Source: Candidatus Ratteibacteria bacterium (GTDB lineage Bacteria > Ratteibacteria > UBA8468 > B48-G9 > DTJG01). From it: a stretch of DNA of 29,836 nucleotides. Positions 8,356-17,356 of the stretch are shown in pieces. A model generated the notes under the pieces. The model did not search any database and was not told where the DNA came from. It saw only the letters and a program-made list of their open reading frames with translations. Where the stretch lies: the NCBI GenBank assembly GCA_049971295.1, contig JBMFLH010000012.1, forward strand, positions 1 to 29,836, given 5' to 3'. The translations under genes were made by a program, and so were the position numbers. Position 1 is the stretch's first letter. Every line of letters begins with the position of its first letter.

Positions 8356-10080
8356 ATGGCTGAAAGAAAACTAATCGGTGAAATGCTGCTTGAAGCCGGG
8401 CTCATCACAGAAAAACAACTTGAAGAAGCATTGAAGGAACAGGTCAAAACAGGTCGTTTCCTCGGAAGGATTCTTGTGGAAAAGGGTCTTGTTGATGAAA
8501 AAGAATTAAAAAGGATGCTGAGTATTCAAGCTGGTATCGAAATGATTGATTTAAAAAATACTGTCATCGACAGGAATGCTATCAATGTATTTCCCTCTGC
8601 TCTTGCAAAAACATACACGGTTCTGCCGATAAAACTTGAAAAAAATGTGTTAACGCTGGCTGTTGGAGATACTTTAAGCTTAAACATCCAGGATGACATT
8701 TCATTTATTCTTGGTTACAAAATTAAAATGGTGCTTGCTGATGAAGAAGATATTAAAGAAAATATCAATGTGTACTATGGGTCAGAAATTGAAACCATTG
8801 ACGACCTCATAAAATGGATATCCCAGGATATGGCTGAAATGGAAGAACTGGAAACCATTGCCTCTGCCAGCGGTGAATATGCAACAATTACAAGCCTTGA
8901 AGAAATCGCAACATTGCCACCAGTGGTAAAACTTTTTGACCTCATTCTTCTTCAGACAGTCAGGGATAATGCTTCTGACGTGCATCTTGAACCATTTGAA
9001 AACGATTTCAGGGTTAGATACAGGGTGGACGGAGTACTCTATGATATGGTGCATCCTCCAAAAGGTCTGGCATTTGCACTTTTCTGCAGGTTCAAAATTA
9101 TGGCTTCCATGGATATTGCGGAAAGAAGATTGCCGCAGGATGGCCGTATTGAATTGTCAGTTATGGGTAGGCCCGTGGACCTTCGTGTTAACACTGTCCC
9201 AACAGTTTTTGGGGAATGCCTGGCGATTCGTGTTCTTGACAGAGGAAAAACAATTTTTGACATGGAAAATTTAGGTCTTTTGCCCAGAGATATGGATGTG
9301 GTTGAAAAACTCATCCACAGACCCCATGGCATTATCCTTGCAACAGGACCCACTGGCTGCGGTAAAACAACCACCCTGTACGCTCTGTTAAGGAAACTCA
9401 ATACGCCAGAAGTAAAATTGATTACCACAGAGGATCCTGTTGAGTATATGCTTGAAGGTGCGGTACAGGTTCCTGTAAAGGAAAGTATTGGTTTAACCTT
9501 TGCCGCCTGTATCAGAAGCATATTGCGTCAAGACCCTGACATTATTCTTGTTGGCGAAGTCCGTGATTTTGACACTGCACAGATGGCAATACAATCATCC
9601 CTGACCGGGCATCTTGTTTTAAGTACATTACACACCAATGATGCACCAACAACCATTATGAGACTTGTTGATATGAAGGTTCCGCCGTTTTTACTCGCAT
9701 CCACTATTGAAGGTATCATCGCCCAGCGACTTGTGAGGGTGCTTTGCCCGAGATGTAAACAGGAATACAGGCCCACAAAACAGGAAATTATTGAACTTGG
9801 TCTGACAGATGAACAAGCCGAGCAGATGAAGTTTTATAAATCTGTTGGATGCCCGTTTTGCAGGGGTGGTTACAAAGGAAGAACAGGAATTTTTGAAATT
9901 CTTGTACCAAATGAATCGTTGTGGCGAGCTGTTCTTGAAAACAGGCCACTGGGTGAAATTCGTGAAATTGCAATCAAGGAATGCCATATGAAGACTCTTG
10001 TGGACGACGGGATTGAAAAAATTAATTTAGGCATCACATCAGTTGAAGAGGTAATTAAAGAAGTTCATGGTTATGGATGA
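8356..10080 (+). CDS. pilB: Type IV pilus/T2SS assembly ATPase PilB/GspE family (copy 2, tandem MshEN-like motif)
   Basis: KLIGEMLLEAGLITEKQLEEALKEQ and RFLGRILVEKGLVDEKELKRMLSIQ; ASDVHLEP; GPTGCGKTTT; RQDPDIILVGEVRD; CPRC...CPFC. Confidence 0.92.
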   Translation: MAERKLIGEMLLEAGLITEKQLEEALKEQVKTGRFLGRILVEKGLVDEKELKRMLSIQAGIEMIDLKNTVIDRNAINVFPSALAKTYTVLPIKLEKNVLTLAVGDTLSLNIQDDISFILGYKIKMVLADEEDIKENINVYYGSEIETIDDLIKWISQDMAEMEELETIASASGEYATITSLEEIATLPPVVKLFDLILLQTVRDNASDVHLEPFENDFRVRYRVDGVLYDMVHPPKGLAFALFCRFKIMASMDIAERRLPQDGRIELSVMGRPVDLRVNTVPTVFGECLAIRVLDRGKTIFDMENLGLLPRDMDVVEKLIHRPHGIILATGPTGCGKTTTLYALLRKLNTPEVKLITTEDPVEYMLEGAVQVPVKESIGLTFAACIRSILRQDPDIILVGEVRDFDTAQMAIQSSLTGHLVLSTLHTNDAPTTIMRLVDMKVPPFLLASTIEGIIAQRLVRVLCPRCKQEYRPTKQEIIELGLTDEQAEQMKFYKSVGCPFCRGGYKGRTGIFEILVPNESLWRAVLENRPLGEIREIAIKECHMKTLVDDGIEKINLGITSVEEVIKEVHGYG

Positions 10081-10086
10081 TAAGTA

Positions 10087-10136
10087 TTTACTTAGTCCTG
10101 AATAAAGGGTATTATAGAAATGGAATAAAAAAGGAG
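10087..10136 (+). promoter_or_regulatory. Putative promoter and RBS of the pilC-pilin operon
   Basis: TTTACT (10087-10092), 17 nt, TATTAT (10110-10115). AAGGAG at 10131-10136 before ATG 10144. Confidence 0.45.
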
Positions 10137-10143
10137 TAAAAGG

Positions 10144-11466
10144 ATGGCAAATTTTCAGTATGCCGGGATGGATGCAGCGGGTAAAGCAGTAAGCGGCTCC
10201 ATTGAGGCGTCAAGTTCCCAGGAAGCAATTGGGAAATTAAAATCCATGGGTTATTATATTACAAGTATCAGTGCCGGAAAAACCGCTGGTGCTTCAAAAC
10301 AAGCAGCTACCCCAAAACAAGCGTCAAAGCCATCTGCAAAGAAAAAAGCAGGCGGTGGTGGAATAAGTATCAATCTGCCTTTTCTTGGTGGAACAAAAAT
10401 TAAACAGAAGGAACTCACTGTTATTACACGTCAGCTTGCCACACTTATTGGTTCAGGACTGCCTCTTTTACGAGCACTGAAAGTTCTTGAACAACAGAGA
10501 AAGGGCGGCGCTGCAAAAGTCCTTAATAAGGTGGCAAGTGAAATTGAACAGGGAGCATTGTTTTCTGAAGCGCTTGCGAAATTCCCTTCAAGTTTTCCAA
10601 GAATTTATGTTGCCATGGTGAAGGCAGGAGAAGCAGGTGGCGCACTTGAATCAGTATTAAGCCGTCTTGCAGAATTTATGGAAAAAGAGGCAAAACTGAA
10701 AGGAAAAATTAAGTCAGCCATGGCATATCCATCTGTTGTTGTTGTGGTTATGATTGGGATTTTAACTTTTATTATGGTTAAAATTGTGCCAACATTTACC
10801 AAGATATTTGAAGATATGGAAGTTGGAGATCTTCCGGCAACAACAAAGCTTTTGATTAAGATGTCAAAACTGATGGCAGAACGTTCATATTTAATCGTTG
10901 CATTCATTTTCGCGCTGGTAATTCTTTACAAGGTGGCAACAAAAATCAAGTTCACGAAATACTTGATAGATAAGGTAAAACTCAGAATGTTTATTTTTGG
11001 ACCGGTCATTTCAAAAACGATTATCGCAAGGTTTGCCAGAACATTTGCCACATTGATTACAAGCGGTGTGCCAATACTTCAGTCCCTTCAAATTGTGCGT
11101 GATACTGTCGGAAATGAAGTAATCGCCAATGCCATCAATGAAATTAGAAATCGGGTGCGCGAAGGAGAAGGCATTTCAGGAATTATGTTGAGAACAGGCG
11201 CGTTTCCTCCAATGGTCACAAATATGATTGCTGTGGGAGAAGAAACAGGTGCAATGGATTCCATGCTTGAGAAGGTCGCTGATGCCTATGAAGCAGAGGT
11301 TGATGCGGCTGTTGCAGCAATGACTTCAATGCTTGAACCAATTTTGATTGTATGCCTCGGTGTTGTCGTCGGTTTTATTGTTATTTCTCTTTTTATGCCT
11401 CTGATAAAAATCGCCCTCAGTCTATCAGGCGGCTCAGGCGAAGGAGGTGGTAGTGGAGGTGAGTAA
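10144..11466 (+). CDS. pilC: Type IV pilus/T2SS inner-membrane platform PilC/GspF
   Basis: [61 protein letters not shown]...SLFMPL. Confidence 0.95.
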   Translation: MANFQYAGMDAAGKAVSGSIEASSSQEAIGKLKSMGYYITSISAGKTAGASKQAATPKQASKPSAKKKAGGGGISINLPFLGGTKIKQKELTVITRQLATLIGSGLPLLRALKVLEQQRKGGAAKVLNKVASEIEQGALFSEALAKFPSSFPRIYVAMVKAGEAGGALESVLSRLAEFMEKEAKLKGKIKSAMAYPSVVVVVMIGILTFIMVKIVPTFTKIFEDMEVGDLPATTKLLIKMSKLMAERSYLIVAFIFALVILYKVATKIKFTKYLIDKVKLRMFIFGPVISKTIIARFARTFATLITSGVPILQSLQIVRDTVGNEVIANAINEIRNRVREGEGISGIMLRTGAFPPMVTNMIAVGEETGAMDSMLEKVADAYEAEVDAAVAAMTSMLEPILIVCLGVVVGFIVISLFMPLIKIALSLSGGSGEGGGSGGE

Positions 11467-12083
11467 TGATAGATAAAAAGCATGGTTTTACCCTTGTTGA
11501 AATTCTTATTGTGATTGCAATCATAGGAATTCTTGCGGCAATATTGCTCCCTGCACTTGCTGGAGCCAGAGAAAGAGCAAGACGAACAACCTGCCTGAAT
11601 AATTTAAAGCAAATAATGGCAGCATATGAAATGTACGCTGATGATTATTTTGAAAACTATCCAGTTGATGATTCCAGTATTTACAGTGGTATTTATCCAA
11701 ATTTTGTCAAAACACCGCAAACATTCTGGTGTCCAGCTACAATATCAAGAGGAATAACATCTCCAGATACCATTAATTCTTCAAACTGGAATAATTCCTA
11801 TGCCTTTGTTTTTGGACTGACAACAGGAAACAATTGTCCAAAACCAGTTCCTGTTATCAGTGATAAAGGAATTTTTGTGGGTTCATCAGCAAACTATGGA
11901 AACCATAAATTTGGGATGAATGTTCAGTATCTTGATGGCTCAACTTCCTGGGTTCTTCAGCCGAATGTTGTTTATTATAATGGCTCAAATGGACCAACTG
12001 ATGGTGTCAATGTTGCCTGCACAGAAACAGGAGATAGCATTGATATCAAGGTAGATGGCGTTGAAGCCAAATGGGGACAATAA
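11466..12083 (+). CDS. Prepilin-type protein of the DUF1559-like family with C-terminal H-X9-DG motif
   Basis: [63 protein letters not shown] = H-X9-DG. Confidence 0.88.
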   Translation: MIDKKHGFTLVEILIVIAIIGILAAILLPALAGARERARRTTCLNNLKQIMAAYEMYADDYFENYPVDDSSIYSGIYPNFVKTPQTFWCPATISRGITSPDTINSSNWNNSYAFVFGLTTGNNCPKPVPVISDKGIFVGSSANYGNHKFGMNVQYLDGSTSWVLQPNVVYYNGSNGPTDGVNVACTETGDSIDIKVDGVEAKWGQ

Positions 12084-12096
12084 ACAGGGAAATAAA

Positions 12097-12723
12097 ATGA
12101 AAAAAAAGGGATTTACTGTGATTGAACTGCTGGTGGTAATGGTGATCATTGCGATGCTTGCAGCGATGCTACTGCCTGCATTAAGAAAAGCAAGGACAAA
12201 AGCAGCAAGAGACAAAGCAAGAAATGAAATGGCTGCTATTGCCAGCGCATTAATTACTGTAAAAAATGACATTGGATATTATGTAAGACTCTGCGATTTA
12301 TCTGATGCAACATTGCCAACAAATTATGTTGGAAATACTTTTGTATACTTCAACACTACTACTGGCCAGGACGATACCAGCACAACAAGCGAACTTACAG
12401 CTGGTCATCCTTGGGATGGTCCATATCAGGTTTTTCAGGAAAACTCAATTTATACTAGTGCCAGGGGAAGTTTACCATCATGCACAGGTGATGCATCAGG
12501 CCCTGGTTCTGGATGGGATGAAAATGGTGATGGTAATCTTGATAATCCACCTGCCTATGGCACTCCACTTGACCCCTGGGGTCATCCCTACCTTGTTGCT
12601 TATAATTCAACAGATAAAGTTATGATTATCTATTCAGCAGGTCCTGATGGAAAACTACAAACAAAAGCTGGAAACAAACAGGTTGCGTCGAATTCTGATG
12701 ATTTACTTTATGTATTCAGATGA
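12097..12723 (+). CDS. GspG-like (pseudo)pilin with long insertions
   Basis: MKKKG|FTVIELLVVMVII; WDGPY, DPWGHPY and YSAGPDG are GspG-family motifs. Start moved from 12055 to 12097 to give a normal basic leader. Confidence 0.85.
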   Translation: MKKKGFTVIELLVVMVIIAMLAAMLLPALRKARTKAARDKARNEMAAIASALITVKNDIGYYVRLCDLSDATLPTNYVGNTFVYFNTTTGQDDTSTTSELTAGHPWDGPYQVFQENSIYTSARGSLPSCTGDASGPGSGWDENGDGNLDNPPAYGTPLDPWGHPYLVAYNSTDKVMIIYSAGPDGKLQTKAGNKQVASNSDDLLYVFR

Positions 12724-14456
12724 AAATAAAAAGAAATGGAGTTGCTCTTGTTATAGTGATTGTTTTGATACTATTGTTTTCAGCCATTATCCTTTCTGTT
12801 GTCCTGACGAGTACCACTGCTTACAGACGCTCCACATATTTTAGAGATAGAAGTATTGCTTTGAATCTCGCCCACATAGGCATTGCTGATGCCCTGTATA
12901 AACTCAATTACAGATACCATGACCAATTTCACTACTACGGGTTTAGAGATGACGGTGAATGCTGGACCGATACAGGAAATCTTCCACAGAATGGAAGCAC
13001 ATACTCTTACACAATCAAAGCGCTTGACCTCGGACTTCCGCTTGCTTCTGTCAATGATGGAGTCACTATTCAACTGAAAATCAATGATGGCATCAGCAAT
13101 GATTCAATTATCGCAACAGGGAAATACAGAGGAAGAACAATAACAATTTCAGCAGGAATAAGAACATTAAGTGACCAGAACACAAACCTGAAGCTTCCTC
13201 TTGCAGATAATACACAGTTAGATACAAAAGGTATTCCCGAAGCATTCAACAAACACACAATTTACGCAAATTCTGTGAGTGGGACAGGTTCTACTGTAAA
13301 AGGGAATATCGCGACAACATCAACAAAACCATCTCCCTGGCCTGCAGGATGGACAGATGCTACATGGACAAATACAAGTATTTCTCTGCCCTTTCCATCT
13401 CTTCCTGTTTTACCCTTTGAAGCACGACCTCCTGACCCTGCACCAGCTGGCTGGATTGAATTTCAGATGCGTGGCCAACCAAGATACAGAATTGATGGTG
13501 GCTCATGGCAGGCACCACTTCCAGCAGGCGTTGTATATACATCAGATGGCACAGGCACAGAAACCTTTACTTTTACAACCTATACTCCACCAGGCAATAG
13601 AAAAGTTTATGTCAGGGCAAGTAGGTTACCGCCTGGCAGAACCGGGGGCGCGTGCTTTGACAATGCCAGTATCGTGAATTCTGTTCTTGCAGATGGAAGT
13701 ATCACATTCAAAGGAACGATTTCCCTTTCACAAAACGCAATTTTTGAGGCAGATGTTGATGGTAATGGAACTGGAACATTTGTTATTCATCCAGGTACAA
13801 CTTTCTCTGGTTCAGACCTTATTGTTTATAAGTACCTGCCACCAGGTTCTTTTGCCATCAATCAATCAAATATTACTATCAATGGAGCGCTTGTGACAAA
13901 CTGTTCTTTAACCATTGGCACTGGCGCAACAAATTTTACTGTTGATGCCACAGGCAGCAATAAAAATGCGGCAATAACCATTTACACAGGGTCCACAGCA
14001 ACATTCACCTTAAGTTCAACACCAAATATCACTCTTGGAGATAATCAAAACTATGCATTTTTGATTGCGACAACAACAAATCCATTGACCGTAAATATTG
14101 GTACAGCAGGAAATGTCAATTTTGAGACCAATTCAATTACAAATCTTAATGGCAAAGCAACAGTTGTTGCATATTCAACAAATAGTTCATCGACTGTTAA
14201 CATTGGCAGTGCCTCAAATTACGCAAAAATGAAAGGACTTATCTATTCTTATGGTACAACAACCGGCAATATCAATGTTAATAATGGAAGCACAAATATC
14301 ACAGGTTGCCTTGTTGCAAATGGAACTGTGACATTGAATGGTGGAACAATTACATATGATAAAAGTGCTTTTACATCTGACAGGGTTAACATTTATTCTG
14401 GTTTTACAGGTGGAAGAAGAATTTATCTTCCATTCAACTGGAAACTTGTATGGTAA
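12720..14456 (+). CDS. Large PilX-like minor pilin (no Glu5) with Thr/Asn/Gly-rich, probably beta-helical C-terminal domain
   Basis: KRNG|VALVIVIVL; ALNLAHIGIADAL and IIATGKY resemble the PilX N-terminal domain; C-terminal GLIYS...ITGCLVANGTVTLNGGTITYD. Confidence 0.78.
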   Translation: MKIKRNGVALVIVIVLILLFSAIILSVVLTSTTAYRRSTYFRDRSIALNLAHIGIADALYKLNYRYHDQFHYYGFRDDGECWTDTGNLPQNGSTYSYTIKALDLGLPLASVNDGVTIQLKINDGISNDSIIATGKYRGRTITISAGIRTLSDQNTNLKLPLADNTQLDTKGIPEAFNKHTIYANSVSGTGSTVKGNIATTSTKPSPWPAGWTDATWTNTSISLPFPSLPVLPFEARPPDPAPAGWIEFQMRGQPRYRIDGGSWQAPLPAGVVYTSDGTGTETFTFTTYTPPGNRKVYVRASRLPPGRTGGACFDNASIVNSVLADGSITFKGTISLSQNAIFEADVDGNGTGTFVIHPGTTFSGSDLIVYKYLPPGSFAINQSNITINGALVTNCSLTIGTGATNFTVDATGSNKNAAITIYTGSTATFTLSSTPNITLGDNQNYAFLIATTTNPLTVNIGTAGNVNFETNSITNLNGKATVVAYSTNSSSTVNIGSASNYAKMKGLIYSYGTTTGNINVNNGSTNITGCLVANGTVTLNGGTITYDKSAFTSDRVNIYSGFTGGRRIYLPFNWKLVW

Positions 14457-14902
14457 AAAAGGGATTTTCAATACTTGAACTTGTTGTTGCGATGTTTTTG
14501 CTCACGATTGTTATTGGAACAGGGCTTTTGATTATCGCCGGAAATTTAAATGTAATGCAAAAGGCAAACGAAATGCTTCTTGCTTCAGCAGTTGCCCAGT
14601 ATTGTATAGAATCAGTGAGAATAGTTGATTTTCCACCTGTGTATGCAGACAGACAATCAGATTTTCCAAAAAAAATCAGTGAAAATGCTCCATTGACATC
14701 CTCATATCAGGTATCAACACCTGATTCTTCGTTTAAGGTTTATATGGGATGCGTCTGGTATAGATCTGACGGCAGTGAAGCAACTGATAATGAAACTGAC
14801 CTGGTCGTATTAAGAAAGGTCAAAATTGAAGTAAGAAGAGTAAAGGATAGTTATCTTCTATTCAGCATGCCTGTATTTATCACAAGAAACGGGATGTACT
14901 GA
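14450..14902 (+). CDS. PilV/GspI-like minor pilin
   Basis: KKG|FSILELVVAM; LASAVAQYCIESVR; LRKVKIEV. Confidence 0.78.
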   Translation: MVKKGFSILELVVAMFLLTIVIGTGLLIIAGNLNVMQKANEMLLASAVAQYCIESVRIVDFPPVYADRQSDFPKKISENAPLTSSYQVSTPDSSFKVYMGCVWYRSDGSEATDNETDLVVLRKVKIEVRRVKDSYLLFSMPVFITRNGMY

Positions 14903-15537
14903 TGAAAAAAAATGGATTTACCCTGCTTGAGATGCTTGTGGCACTTGCTCTTATAGTCATTGTTGTAGGTCTATCTGCCTTTCTCTATGCAAAAGCAGCA
15001 AGACTTAGAAAACTTATTACCTATCAGAATGAAGTTCAAAATACACTTAATGCAATGATTACTGAAATTACCTATGGTTCAAGGGATACTATAGGTCTTC
15101 AATTTGCCCATGACATAAAAAACGATCCGCAGAATCCTTTTTACGAACTTGCCTTTTATGACAGAACAAAAGGTGAAACTGTATTTTATCTTATTTCTCC
15201 TGGGATGAATGCTGAAATACCGTCAAGCCTTCCAACAACTGATACAGACACAACCCTGTGGCAGGCAAAAACAAAGATATCAGGTACTCCTTCAAGAAAT
15301 TCAGGCGCGTGGAAACTTATTGACCCGAGTAAGTCAATGGAACTTTCGTCAGGAAGTGGGTTCAATTATTACGCATTGACATCAGCGGGGCTTAAACAGA
15401 TTGACAACCTTCAGTCAGAAACACCTGTCGCAGTAAAAATTACTCTTGTTGGAAAAACTACTGACCCATCATTGAAATCAAGACCTGTCACACCAGCAAC
15501 AATTCTTGTCAGAATAAAAAATAAACTACCTTTTTAG
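14902..15537 (+). CDS. PilW/GspJ-like minor pilin
   Basis: KKNG|FTLLEMLVALAL; VQNTLNAMITEI; C-terminal AVKITL...VRIKN. Confidence 0.78.
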   Translation: MKKNGFTLLEMLVALALIVIVVGLSAFLYAKAARLRKLITYQNEVQNTLNAMITEITYGSRDTIGLQFAHDIKNDPQNPFYELAFYDRTKGETVFYLISPGMNAEIPSSLPTTDTDTTLWQAKTKISGTPSRNSGAWKLIDPSKSMELSSGSGFNYYALTSAGLKQIDNLQSETPVAVKITLVGKTTDPSLKSRPVTPATILVRIKNKLPF

Positions 15538-15546
15538 TCTGATGCT

Positions 15547-15984
15547 ATGAAAAAAACAGGTTTTACTCTTATAGAAATTCTTGTCGTGCTTGTCATTATT
15601 TCAATAATCGCAGCAATAGCCCTGCCAGCAATAAACAGGGCAAGAAACAGAGCAGCCATCATAAGGACAAAAAGCATTATTTCTTCAATTGAAGCTGCGT
15701 TGTTTATGTATCAAACAGATATGGGAGATTATCCAGAAAGTACTGGCTCAACTGAAATTTTAATTTTTGCCTTGATGGGACCATTGGATGATGAAAACTG
15801 GAAAGGTCCTTATATGAGATTCAAACAGTCAGACATTGACGATAATGGAGACATTGTTGACATATGGAGAAATCCCCTGGTTTATAAATACCCTCAACAT
15901 GAAAAAACAAATGTTCCCTTTATCATTGTTTCCAGAGGACCTGACAGAAAATTAAATACCAAAGATGACATTGGAAACTGGTAA
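15547..15984 (+). CDS. gspG: GspG-like major pseudopilin
   Basis: KKTG|FTLIEILVVL; ALFMYQTDMGDYP; WKGPYM; DIWRNPLVY; SRGPDRKLNTKDDIGNW. Confidence 0.88.
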   Translation: MKKTGFTLIEILVVLVIISIIAAIALPAINRARNRAAIIRTKSIISSIEAALFMYQTDMGDYPESTGSTEILIFALMGPLDDENWKGPYMRFKQSDIDDNGDIVDIWRNPLVYKYPQHEKTNVPFIIVSRGPDRKLNTKDDIGNW

Positions 15985-16408
15985 TAAAGGTATTACCCTG
16001 ATTGAAATTTGTGTGATACTGGTTATTATCGGAATGCTTGCCTTTTTCTCTGTCTTTTTTCCACATAAGGCAATATCCAGGAAAAATCTTGATAATGCAG
16101 CAATGTTTGTTTGTGAAATTCTTAATACTGCGCGAATGTATGCAATGGCTGAACACAAAACATTCCAGGTTGTTTTTGAAAACAATAGTTGTGGAATTTA
16201 TAGCGATAACGGAACACTCATTGGTAAAATTTATAAACTTCCAAAGTTCATTGTTATCAAAGAAAAAACAGATGGTTTTTCACCCGCAGAATTTTTACCA
16301 CAGGGCACTGCAAAAAAGGCAGGACACCTGATTTTAGAAGATATATCAACAAAAAAAACAAAAACAATTGTCCTTTATAACCTAACAGGGAAAGCATCTA
16401 TAAAATAG
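15965..16408 (+). CDS. GspH/FimT-like minor pseudopilin
   Basis: NKG|ITLIEICVILVIIG; LNTARMYAM; EFLPQGTA; C-terminal LTGKA. Confidence 0.82.
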   Translation: MTLETGNKGITLIEICVILVIIGMLAFFSVFFPHKAISRKNLDNAAMFVCEILNTARMYAMAEHKTFQVVFENNSCGIYSDNGTLIGKIYKLPKFIVIKEKTDGFSPAEFLPQGTAKKAGHLILEDISTKKTKTIVLYNLTGKASIK

Positions 16409-16410
16409 TT

Positions 16411-16773
16411 ATGGCAAAAGGATTTTCGCTCATATCTATGATTGTATCAGCTATCATTATTATTATTGGCATTTCATGTGTGCTGATGGTTTTACAGAAT
16501 ACTGAAAAACTTTTTTCGCGAGCAACAAATTTTCAGGATTTCGCTATGGCTGCTGATATCCTGTTTGATAAAATACAGGAGGCCTATGGTTACCAAACAG
16601 CAATTGTCCCGGATAAACTTGAGGGCAAAATGACCGGTTTTTCCAATATTTACTACCATATTGATTTTCAAAAAATAGAAGAAGGGCTTTATGAAGTCCA
16701 CATTATACTTACAAAAACCATTGAAGGAAAACAATATTCTGAAGAATTTGTTTCTGCGCTGCAACAACGATAA
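16411..16773 (+). CDS. GspI-like minor pseudopilin (Ser at position 5)
   Basis: MAKG|FSLISMIVSA; about 120 aa; LYEVHIIL; lies between the H-like and J-like genes. Confidence 0.7.
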   Translation: MAKGFSLISMIVSAIIIIIGISCVLMVLQNTEKLFSRATNFQDFAMAADILFDKIQEAYGYQTAIVPDKLEGKMTGFSNIYYHIDFQKIEEGLYEVHIILTKTIEGKQYSEEFVSALQQR

Positions 16774-17356
16774 AAAGGGTCTCTCCCTGGTCGAAGTCCT
16801 TGTGACAATGGTGATACTGGTTATTGTGTTTATTGCAGGGCTTTTGATTTTCTCAAACATCACAGTAAGAATTTCCAGGCAATCCGCAGAAAAGACAGTT
16901 TCTTCCAGAGCATCAGATTTCACTCTTTTTTTAAGACATAAACTCAAGGAAGCCATTGTGCAGGATATTCCTGGCCCATTTAGAATTGACTTTATCGGTA
17001 CTGAAACATCAATAAAATTTGTTGCCCCCTATACAGAGGGAAATGGTTCTGATTTAGGAAAATATGGAATATATCTTGATGATAATACAATCAAAATGTC
17101 GTTTGAAAGAATTGACATACACACAAAAACATATACCTTTGAAGACAGCTTTACAGGCAGTCAACCAGTTATGGAAAATGTAAAATTTCTTTCATTTTCA
17201 TACTGGGATGGAAAACACTGGCAGAAAACCTGGAACACACAGGACATTTCCAAACTACCAGAAAAAATAAAAGTGTTTTTTATTCTATATGGTGGACGTA
17301 TTGAGGGAAAAAGAATTGAAAAGGGATTCAGTGAAGAGATATGGATGGGTAAATAG
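16748..17356 (+). CDS. GspJ-like minor pseudopilin (start uncertain: TTG 16748, or ATG 16691 per ORF track)
   Basis: KKG|LSLVEVLVTM; FIGTETSIKF; ENVKFLSFSYWDGKHWQKTW...LPEKIKV is a typical GspJ C-terminus. Confidence 0.8.
   Translation: MFLRCNNDKKGLSLVEVLVTMVILVIVFIAGLLIFSNITVRISRQSAEKTVSSRASDFTLFLRHKLKEAIVQDIPGPFRIDFIGTETSIKFVAPYTEGNGSDLGKYGIYLDDNTIKMSFERIDIHTKTYTFEDSFTGSQPVMENVKFLSFSYWDGKHWQKTWNTQDISKLPEKIKVFFILYGGRIEGKRIEKGFSEEIWMGK

Noticed and set aside
12097..15556. A7-A8 runs just after pilin start codons as phase-variation tracts
   Set aside because: They encode the Lys-rich prepilin leader, all are in frame, and such runs are common throughout this AT-rich window.
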